Of a stretch of DNA of 64,000 nt, positions 54,294 to 64,000 are shown piece after piece; positions within the stretch are counted from its first letter, which is position 1; every line of letters begins with the position of its first letter. The stretch comes from Eledone cirrhosa (taxonomy: Eukaryota). The position numbers and the translations under genes are program-made. The stretch is from contig OZ024750.1 of assembly GCA_964016885.1 (NCBI GenBank), forward strand, positions 51,522,001 through 51,586,000, in the 5' to 3' direction. The notes beneath the pieces were generated by a model. The model saw nothing but the letters and a program-made list of their open reading frames with translations. It did no database searches and was not told the origin of the DNA.

Positions 54294-54799
54294 CAGGGTT
54301 TCCCAACCTGGGCGATATCGCCCACCGGTGGGCGATTTCAACTATCGGGTGGGCGATGAACGAATATTTAGGAAATGGTGGGCGATCTAAAATTTTGGAG
54401 GGCGACGAAGGATTTTCGGTAATTAAGTATGTTATTGATCATTTAATGGCCGGATTCGCTCTTGCCTAGTGTGTCTGCACTAGCTGCGTCGCATCAGCCT
54501 CAAGGATCACACTGAAAACTAAACATAGTGAGTTTGTTTACCATTTAATACATTTATCATTTTTCAAGTTTGTTTCATTGAGAAACATTTAGCAATCAAA
54601 AACTTCATTCTTCTCAATAACGTTTCAACTCCGAATCCCCATTTTGCAATATTTCATCTCAATAAATATTTCATGTTTTAAGCAACCGTTCTGAATAATG
54701 CTTTATTTTTGCATCCTTAAAATGACTGCACGGGTGGGCGATGGGAATGTTTGTGTGTGGAAAAGTGGGCGATAATGGCAAAAATGTTGGGAACTCCTG
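54294..54799 (+). mobile_element. Non-autonomous hAT (Charlie/Buster-like) element
   Basis: TIRs CAGGGTTTCCCAAC / GTTGGGAACTCCTG; 8-bp TSD GTGTAGCC/GTGTAGAC; subterminal TGGGCGAT repeats; residual C-terminus HQPQGSH*. Confidence 0.88.
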
Positions 54800-56239
54800 G
54801 TGTAGACCAATGTTTCCTGGCAGAGAAGTCGACTTTATGTTAGGATTGTTATTTCCTACATTGTTTTGAGATTCTTTAAGTTTCCTGTAAACTACAATAT
54901 GTTTCCGTGTATAAGATAAAGTTGCCGTCAAAAACCTTCTGCGTTCTATACACAGCATGAAACTATTAGATACTACAATAACTTTTTCCCAACATTTTTC
55001 TCCACAATAACGACACGTCTTATACAATGGTGCCTCTTATATTCCGAAAAGTACGGTATTTTCAGTTGCTGCGACTGTATCACTGTTTATTACTTTTACG
55101 TTGAAGTAAAGGGTTAAAGTTTGTCAACCATTATTATTATTGTTGCTTATTTCTTGAAGTTCTCTTGGGATTTGTACAATACAGAGTGTTGGCTTTCCTT
55201 TTAGTTGTTGTTGTTGTCATTGTTGCTGGTTTGTCTTTAGGACTAAGGTTGAGAAACGTAATTGGATCTGTTGAGAATATCTTCTTGCTAAGGGTGATAA
55301 GTTAACTTTCTGTTGTGTCAACAACTATACCGCCATACAGTCTATTTACATGTGATGGTCTGTGTTATTTTCTTAAGATGCACGATTGAAGACGGTGCAC
55401 AGCTAAGCTCGTGAGTTCGATTCTCAGGGCCGCCTTATGTCCGGGATCAAAAATATTTTATTTTAGTTCTAGTCCACTTAGCAGGAAAATAATTTGTGCC
55501 TGTCATTCAAAGAGCAAGCTATGTCACAGGCTGTGTAACGTCGAATCTCCCAGAGAACTATGTTAAGGACACACTTGTCTATGAAATTCTCAGCTACTTG
55601 TACGTTAATTTCATGAACATGCTGTTCCACCGTTGATCGCATCAACTGGAACACTCATCATCGTACCGGAGGGAAGTCCAAGGAATTATGAAGGACGAGG
55701 ATGGGGGAGAGGAAGATTCGTTAGAGCGTCCGACAAAACCTATTCATACCGGCTTTTTACGTTACGAGTACAAATCTCGTATATGTTTTTATTAGCTGGT
55801 AATTTGGCTGCTATTTCTAGCGGGTTCAAGAACTACATAAAGGCTCTCTCATTGGTTCAAATACTGTTAGAATGTTACACGGTATTCATTCCGTTTCTAT
55901 ACTTTATGAGTTCAAAAATCAGGTCTAAATTGACTGCTATTTCTAACAGGTTGAGCTACTATATAGAGGCTCCACCACCACCCCCACCATAATATGGTGT
56001 AATATGGTTGTCACCAATACACCAGCCAATAAGTACTACTATCAGTGAAATCACATCATCCAGAAGGTAAGAGACGGATATGAAAGTTGGTGGAACTAAT
56101 AGATTTATTGTCGCAGAGAAAATATTAATAAACGACTAAGAAGGAAATTGGAAAAATTGCTTAATAAAATATACTTAGAACTTGAGCCCATGTCGTATAT
56201 ACTGAATGCATGTACACACACATACATACACATATATGT

Positions 56240-56350
<111 letters not shown>

Positions 56351-56383
56351 TATATATATATGTACATATGTATATATATGTAC

Positions 56384-56414
<31 letters not shown>

Positions 56415-56530
56415 TATACACATACATACACACACACATATATATATATATACATATATATATATGTATATACATATATATATATGTATATATATATATA
56501 TGTGTGTACATATATATATGAATATATGTA

Positions 56531-56625
<95 letters not shown>

Positions 56626-56637
56626 GTGAAAATTTTA

Positions 56638-56693
56638 AACCCCGACGGCAGAGCTCAATCCATCGAAACGGCGTGAGCTCTGCCGTCGGGGTC
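56638..56693. mobile_element. Minimal fold-back remnant of the U3-A8 hammerhead family within (TA)n
   Basis: ACCCCGACGGCAGAGCTCA..CGAAACGGCGTGAGCTCTGCCGTCGGGGT. Confidence 0.75.
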
Positions 56694-57234
56694 AAACATA
56701 TATATATATATATATATATATAGTTAGGGAAGCAGAACATTGCTTATTGTGATCCAGTTCGTGGTTAAGAAAGCCAGTTTCATGGATGGTTTCAACGTAG
56801 GGTTAGGGTAACTCCACAAGTTTGTAAGAATTCCGTTCAATCTTGGAGTATAAAGTATAAAAGAGAAAAGAGAAAACACAGGTAAGCATTAAGAGAAGGA
56901 TTTTATCCAGGTATGTACGACCGTTTCATTGGTAAGTGCAACCTTATATTGCTATACTGCAAATAGCAGCCACTCAATTATAATTGTTGTTCACAGTCCA
57001 AATTTTCAAAATAGTGAGTAAGTTACTCTTGAAATAGTTCTTAATATATAGAGAAAAACATTTTTTGGGAATTGTATTTACTAGTATAGAGAGAGTGGAA
57101 TTAGAAGGTGAGGGGACAAACGGAATAGTATAGAGAGAGAGGAAGGGGGAGAGTATACAGTAAATAGAAATACAACATCGAAATCAAACAAGTCACGCAG
57201 TAGAAAATATATTTGGTATAACCCCATATTTAAC

Positions 57235-57400
57235 ACCTCTAATAGTACTAACCTACCCTCTCCCTTCTTTAGAATAATAAATAAGAACTTTCCAGATTCA
57301 TACAGATACAGCAAAATCCTTAACACTAAATCTATTAGACTATCTTACACTACGGCACCAAATATAGAGGCTCACATTAAGATGCTTAATGCTAAAAAGA
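57235..57400 (+). pseudogene. Possible Penelope-like ORF fragment (RT to GIY-YIG linker region)
   Basis: Translates RIINKNFPDSYRYSKILNTKSIRLSYT, resembling the PLE motif KHFP..H....IFN..T.K.SYS. Confidence 0.45.
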
Positions 57401-57661
57401 TACCAGAACACAAATTTACAACACTAACAATACAATCACCATTGAACACAACAGAATATCTAATACACAACCACCCGCTAATAGGCAAACAAAACGTAAC
57501 ACACTTGTACAGGCATCGCAGCCCACAAATAATGCCAAAGTTGCCCATGACAAGAATTGTAACTGCCACCTACCTGAAACCTGTCCATTACAAAATGAAT
57601 GCATGCAGTCTAACCTGGTTTACCAATGCACAGTGGAATCAGACAACCAGGTGATGATATG

Positions 57662-57753
<92 letters not shown>

Positions 57754-58145
57754 CATATCATCAGCACCGGCAGAAGTAACCGTAGCAACAGCAACAGCGA
57801 CAGAAGCAGCTAATAAATTAAACAACTTCAGTTAATTGTGTTTCATCTTTCTGATTTTATCTTTAAGTTTCGTTTTTTCTAGCTGGAAACTGGTTGTCAT
57901 GGTTGCACAGATTGCACATATGATGTTTCTATGGCGACTGATGTTGTGGGATGTGTGACCGTGCTATGGAGGGTGGTGGGGAGTGTGACTATTTGGTGGA
58001 ATAGCGATGCCGGGGGTGGAGGATGGAAGATCTTTTATTTGGTCTGTGCTGTCTATATCATTGGTAGTGCGGGCACATATGTAGACCTGTTAGTGTGTGT
58101 ATATTTGTATGAATGTATATACTTATATACATTCATATATATATA

Positions 58146-58229
<84 letters not shown>

Positions 58230-58326
58230 TGTGTGTGTGTGCGTGCGTTTGTGTGTGTGTGTGTGTGTAAATAAACAAGCTTGATGTATAATTATGTTTG
58301 ACATCTACACATACAGGCATATATAT

Positions 58327-58390
<64 letters not shown>

Positions 58391-58456
58391 TAAGTTATTC
58401 CGGGTTGAATCGGAGGTAACCACAGTAAGTAACGTACTCAATACATAGCAGTATAA

Positions 58457-58572
58457 AAGTTTTAATATAGATGAGATTCTACAGGACTAGAACTGTTTCA
58501 TTCTTTAGAAATCATCATTTCTAAAGAATGAAACAGTTCTAGTCCTGTAGAATCTCATGTATATTAAAACTT
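58457..58572. repeat. Near-perfect palindrome centred on a hammerhead core
   Basis: Minus strand reads TGATGA-TTTCTAAAGAAT-GAAA-CAGTTCTAG-TC-CTGTAG; 5' stem I strand replaced by the inverted arm. Confidence 0.75.
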
Positions 58573-58591
58573 ATATATATATATATATATA

Positions 58592-58779
58592 TAGGAAAAA
58601 GTATGACCCCGACGGCAAAGCTCAAGCCGTTTCGACGGCTATTCCCAGAAATAGCCGTCGAAACGGCTTGAGCTCTGCCGTCGGGGTCATACTTTTTCCT
58701 ATTTCCCACTCTACTACCCTAAGTATTGAGTACTCTGGTGCGTTATGGTCCATCTGGTTCCTTACCACAATTCTTTGTT
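58592..58779. mobile_element. Short fold-back plus tail of the U3-A8 hammerhead family (3' half of the ribozyme only)
   Basis: Arms of about 52 bp around CCCAGA, followed by the family tail. Confidence 0.82.
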
Positions 58780-58794
58780 ATATATATCTCTCTC

Positions 58795-58900
<106 letters not shown>

Positions 58901-58980
58901 GAAATATATATAATAAAACATATTTTGATTATGTGAATGTCTTCATTTATTAATATTTTGAATAATATATATATTTTATA

Positions 58981-59430
58981 TTCAAATTCAACCAAAAGAT
59001 CTACACCCAAAAAGAAGGAGCAGCCATTGGCGTCAGCATAGCTGGTGACGTTGCCAAACTTTTTATGATATGGTGGGAAAAGAGACTCAAAGATCTCCTT
59101 GGTGGGAGCTCTATAGACCTCGTCATGTACTCTCGTTGCGTAGACGATATTAATATAGTAATAAGGACACCCCCACAAGAGAGTACTAAGAAGTATGATT
59201 TAGAACGTAGCACAATGGAAAGCATCCAGCAGATAGCTAACTCCATACACCAGAGTATCACTGTAACTATCGACTACCCTTCCAAACACCCTAACAGTAG
59301 ACTACCTGTATTAGACACGGAACTCTGGATTAACACTATAGACGAGAGGGCCCAATTTCTCCACTCACACTACGCTAAAAAGCATTCCTGGTCAGATATA
59401 TATTCAATTAAGGTTAATAGTATGAAATAG
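58981..59430 (+). pseudogene. Penelope-like element reverse transcriptase fragment
   Basis: FKFNQKIYTQKEGAAIGVSIAGDVAKLFM, YSRCVDDI (decayed RYVDD), LPVLDTELW. Confidence 0.85.
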
Positions 59431-59917
59431 ATACTACAGGTCATTCTTAAATTGAGGAATTTATGTGGAGTGGTGCTACTGAAAATTATGGCTAGAGTAG
59501 AAAATTTACAAATAAAAAGACTTATGTGGCTTGCACGTACACTCACACCCACCTCCACAGATACACACACACATCCACACATACAAATTAAAGAATTAAT
59601 GTGGGGTGGTAATACTTAAAATAATGTTTAGAATCAAATACTTAGATAATTTAGAAAATTTAGAAATAAGACTTATGCTCTTTGTGAAAATCAGTCATAT
59701 GGAACTATTGTCATCTTGCCTGACGGTTTGAACTTTACAACACCACCTGCCTCTTTGAGATCAAATACCAACCTTGCTAGCATCTACAAACTGACCAATG
59801 AGAATTAAGACTATTCATGCTGACAACATTAAATTATTCCTAACAAGCTCATATGTCCCAAGGCTCTGATACCATCAACACTATAAAGACAGAGTTGGCA
59901 TATCTAAGAACTGACTA

Positions 59918-59973
59918 ACTGCCTGATGAGGTCATAGCCATTCAATGGCTATCATCGAAATATATATAGCAGT
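59918..59973 (+). ncRNA. Type I hammerhead downstream of the Penelope RT fragment
   Basis: ACTGC/GCAGT, CTGATGA, long stem II ATAGCCATT/AATGGCTAT, GAAA, TATATA, TA. Confidence 0.85.
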
Positions 59974-60027
59974 AAATAAAGGATTACGAGTTCATGCAAT
60001 TGACTTATGTTTCGTCACTATATAAAT

Positions 60028-60432
60028 ATATATATATTAATAAATGGAAACTATATTTATAAAACCATATTTATTTCATTATACATATTTCAGGGATACC
60101 ACATTAAATTATGGTATGCCTTCATCAGACAAAATACAATATATAATAGTTTTACAAATAGCTTTTATCTACTCCAAAAACTTGTCGAGTGCTTTATATC
60201 AGTTATAAAAATATTTACTTGTTGTATCCCAACAACTTTAAATAGAACTTTTGCATATATATATATATATATATATACATTTTTTTTTTCCCGGTATGTC
60301 AATATTTATTTATAAAACAAATCTGTATTTTATCTGATGAAAGCGCACCATAATTTGCCTTGGTTGCCCTTGAAATATGTATAATAAAATAAATATGGTT
60401 TTATAAATATAGTTTCCATTTATTAATATATT
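60028..60432. mobile_element. Inverted pair of the 50202 family; hammerheads at 60072-60136 (-) and 60326-60391 (+)
   Basis: Homologous to 50202-50572; CTGATGA/GAAA cores present. Confidence 0.78.
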
Positions 60433-60440
60433 GTATATAT

Positions 60441-60630
60441 GCGGTGGATTGGCAGTATCGGTAGAGGGTCGGACGCCATGCTTTGACGCATAGAGTTACG
60501 GCCCTTGCCATTCTGAGTTCAAATCCCGCCGAGGTCAACTTTGCCTTTCATCCTTACGGGGTCGATAAAATAAAGTACCAGTAATACACTGGGTATTTGC
60601 TGGCCTTGTGCCAAAAGTAGAAACAATTAA
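60441..60630 (+). mobile_element. Full-length tRNA-derived SINE (reference copy of the dominant family)
   Basis: A-box TGGCAGTATCGG, B-box GAGTTCAAATCC, core, AATT tail. Confidence 0.9.
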
Positions 60631-60900
60631 TAAATTGTATATATATAAATTAACGGTATAGAAAATATTGTAGCAAAAAGCCAACAGTATTCGATAACAT
60701 ATATGCGACTATAGCGTCAAAATGGGGAAAATAGTTAACGTAAGATGTGGGAAAATAATTCAAACTCAACTCAAAAAGAATCAGGATATAGATTCATCCA
60801 ACAGAATTTAGTGAAATCTAGGGAAAAATCAATAGAGTCTTAACTCATGATAAAATAAAGTTTAAAATACTCATCCTTCAATTTGGAAAAAACTTCAAAT

Positions 60901-60980
60901 GCTCTGTATAGTCTTGAAGACTATTTCACGAAAACTTTCAGTGGAGATGTTCACGGTTTAAATCCGATCCTCAGCAGAGC
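60901..60980 (-). ncRNA. Type I hammerhead ribozyme
   Basis: Minus strand GCTCTG/CAGAGC, CTGAGGA, CGGA/TTCG stem II, GAAA, TAGTC/GACTA, ATA triplet. Confidence 0.82.
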
Positions 60981-61048
60981 TCAACTCGATAACCAAAATT
61001 TCTCACTGATTAATATGCCAAAAGGGGAATTAAAAGCAGGCTAGTTCA

Positions 61049-61092
<44 letters not shown>

Positions 61093-61106
61093 TATACATA
61101 TGTATT

Positions 61107-61159
<53 letters not shown>

Positions 61160-61294
61160 ATTTACATATATATATATATATATATAAGCAAAGAGTGATT
61201 TAATATGTTGGTTACTCAACAAATTAATTTATAACAGATTCTAAGCACTCTACACAAATACATACACATATTCACAGGTCGCTCTCCCCCTCTT

Positions 61295-61342
<48 letters not shown>

Positions 61343-61344
<2 letters not shown>

Positions 61345-62170
61345 TGTGTGTGTGTATGCGTCTGTGTGTCTGCATGTGTGTCTGTGTGTCTGTGTGTCGG
61401 TGTGTGTGTGTATGTTTGTGTGCGTGTGTCTGTGTGTCTGTATCTGTGTGTGTATTTGTCTGTGTGTGTGTGTCTGTGTCTGTGTCTGAGTGTGTGTGTG
61501 TGTGTGTCTGTGTGTCTATGTCTGTGTGTGTGTGTGTCTGTGTGGCTGAGTGTGTGTGTGTGTGTATGTCTGTGTGTCTGTGTCTGTGTGTCTGTGTGTC
61601 TGTGTCTGAGTGTGTGCCTGTGTGTCTGTGTCTGAGTGTGGGTGGGTGTGTGTCTCTGAGTGTGTGTGTGTGTCTGAGTGTGTGGGTGTGTGTCTGAGTG
61701 TGTGTGTGTGTCTGAGTGTGTGTATGTGTGTCTGAGTGTGAGTGTGTGTGTGTGTGTGTGTGTCTGAGTGTGAGTGTGTGTGTGTGTGTCTCTGTATGAG
61801 TGTGTGTCTGTGTGTGTCTGTGTGTCTGTGTCTGAGTGTGTGTGTTTGTGTCTGTGGTTGAGTGTGTGTGTGTCTCTGAATGTGTGTATGTGTGTCTGAG
61901 TGTGAGTGAGTGTGTGTAAAAGAGAGTGGGAGAGAAAGATGTATGTGTGTTTGTGTTTGTATGTGTGTGTCTGAGTGTGAGTATGTGTGTGTGTCTCTGT
62001 CTGAGTGTGTGTCTGTGTGTGTCTGTGTGTATGTGTCTGAGTGTGTGTGTGTGTGTGTCTGTGGTTGTGTGTGTGTGTGTCTCTGAGTGTGTATGTGTGT
62101 GTGTCTGAGTGTGAGTGAGTGTGTGTGTGTGTAAAAGAGAGTGGGAGAGAAAGATGTATGTGTGTTTGTG
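61343..62170. repeat. (GT)n/GTCT/GAGT compound microsatellite
   Basis: Visible. Confidence 0.92.
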
Positions 62171-62239
62171 AGTATCAACTATAATTACACTCCCTCTTAG
62201 GTTGTATATATATATTGACATACACATATTTATCTGTTA

Positions 62240-62570
62240 TAACTCTATTAGACACACCTATATTATACACACCTATCTCAGTAACTGTATTATACACACC
62301 TATGGCAGTAACTCTATTATACACACCTATGTTATACACACCTATGTTATACACACCTATGTTATACACACCTATGTTATACACACCTATGTCAGTAACT
62401 CTATTATACACACCTATGTTATACACACCTATGTTATACACACCTATGTTATACACACCCATGTTACACACCCATGTTATACACACGTATGTTATACAAA
62501 CCTATGTTATACACACCCATGTTATACACACCCATGTTATACACACCTATGTTAGATGCACCTATCTCAG
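62240..62570. repeat. 15-bp minisatellite (TATACACACCTATGT) with CAGTAACTCTAT interruptions
   Basis: Visible. Confidence 0.92.
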
Positions 62571-62595
62571 TAACGCAGTGGAGTTCTTACTTCAG

Positions 62596-62665
62596 TGATG
62601 TTGTTACAATAGGAAGATCACTTTCCAATCAGAAGGATTTGAGTCCCAACCCTATATTACCCCAG
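62596..62665 (+). CDS. Candidate 70-nt host exon (DVVTIGRSLSNQKDLSPNPILPQ), product unknown
   Basis: ttcttacttcAG acceptor, open frame, CAG|GTATAG donor; unique sequence between two satellites. Confidence 0.4.
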
Positions 62666-64000
62666 GTATAGTCCCAACCCTATATTACCCCAGGTATAGT
62701 CCCAACCCTATATTACTCTAGGTATAGTCCCAAGATTATATTACCCCAGGTATAGTCCCAACCCAATATTACCCCAGGTATAGTCCCAACCCTATATTAG
62801 TCCAGGTATAATCCCAACCCTATATTAGTCCAGGTATAATCCCAACCCTATATTACCCCAGGTATAGTCCCAACCCTATATTACCCCAGGTATAGTCCCA
62901 ACCCTATATTACGCCAGGTATAATCCCAACCCTATATTACCCCAGGTATAGTCCCAACCCTATATTACCCAGGTATAGTCCCAACCCTATATTACTCCAG
63001 GTATAGTCCCAACCCTATATTACGCCAGGTATAGTCCCAACCCTATATTACTCCAGGTATAGTACCAACCCTATATTACTCCAGGTATAGTCCCAACCCT
63101 ATATTACTCCAGGTATAGTCCCAACCCTATATTACTCCAGGTATAGTCCCAACCCTATATTACTCCAGGTATAGTCCCAACCCTATATTACTCCAGGTAT
63201 AGTCCCAACCCTATATTACCCCAGGTATAGTCCCAACCCTATATTACTCCAGGTATAGTCCCAACCCTATATTACTCCAGGTATAGTCCCAACCCTATAT
63301 TACTCCAGGTATAGTCCCAACCCTATATTACTCCAGGTATAGTCCCAACCCTATATTACTCCAGGTATAGTCCCAACCCTATATTACTCCAGGTATAGTC
63401 CCAACCCTATATTACTCCAGGTATAGTCCCAACCCTATATTACTCCAGGTATAGTCCCAACCCTATATTACTCCAGGTATAGTCCAAACCCTATATTACT
63501 CCAGGTATAGTCCCAACCCTATATTACTCCAGGTATAGTCCCAACCCTATATTACTCCAGGTATAGTCCCAACCTTATATTACCCCAGGTATAGTCCCAA
63601 CCCTATATTACTCCAGGTATAGTCCCAACCCTATATTACCCCAGGTATAGTCTCAACCCTATATTACACCAGGTATAGTCCCAACCCTATATTACCCCAG
63701 GTGTAGTCCCAACCCTATATTACCCTAGGTATAGTCCCAACCCTATATTACTCCAGATATATTCCCAACCCTATATTACACTAGGTATAGTCCCAACCCT
63801 ATATTACACCAGGTATAGTCCCAACCCTATATTACCCCAGGTGTAGTCCCAACCTTATATTACCCTAGGTATAGTCCCAACCCTATATTACTCCAGATAT
63901 ATTCCCAACCCTATATTACCCCAGGTATAGTCCCAACCCTATATTACCCCAGGTATAGTCCCAAGATTATATTACTCCAGGTATAGTCCCAACCCTATAT
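62642..64000. repeat. 28-bp tandem satellite (GTATAGTCCCAACCCTATATTACTCCAG), runs off the window end
   Basis: Visible periodicity. Confidence 0.98.

Noticed and set aside
56912-57000. Degenerate minus-strand hammerhead (GAAACGGTC)
   Set aside because: 5' core not recognisable; not counted
62642-64000. Telomeric or subtelomeric repeat (CCCAACCCTA resembles CCCTAA)
   Set aside because: No true CCCTAA hexamers; the similarity is short and also explained by the adjacent candidate exon

Overview
Animal genomic DNA, very AT-rich and repeat-dense. The SINE sequence and microsatellite load suggest an octopod cephalopod (inference). No intact host gene is evident, and most ORF-track entries are microsatellite artefacts. 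The window holds a 10.8-kb 29-bp satellite and three smaller satellites, a near full-length decayed Tx1-clade LINE inside (GATA)n, tandem decayed R4/Dong-clade retrotransposons inside (TACA)n, Chapaev3-like, maT/Tc1-like and hAT DNA transposons, CRE, RTE and Penelope RT fragments, and many tRNA-derived SINEs. The main signal is non-coding. Reading both strands by eye gives about 23 complete or near-complete type I hammerhead ribozyme (HHR) folds plus several partial ones, from roughly 11 distinct sequence families. Most sit in short fold-back or tandem units inserted in (TA)n, resembling Penelope pseudo-LTRs or retrozymes. One family has a non-canonical UUGANAA core (U3-A8 instead of C3-G8). 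Another forms a ~426-nt tandem monomer that could yield circular RNA. Three satellites begin at candidate splice donors. All structures were assigned by eye, without folding software or database searches.
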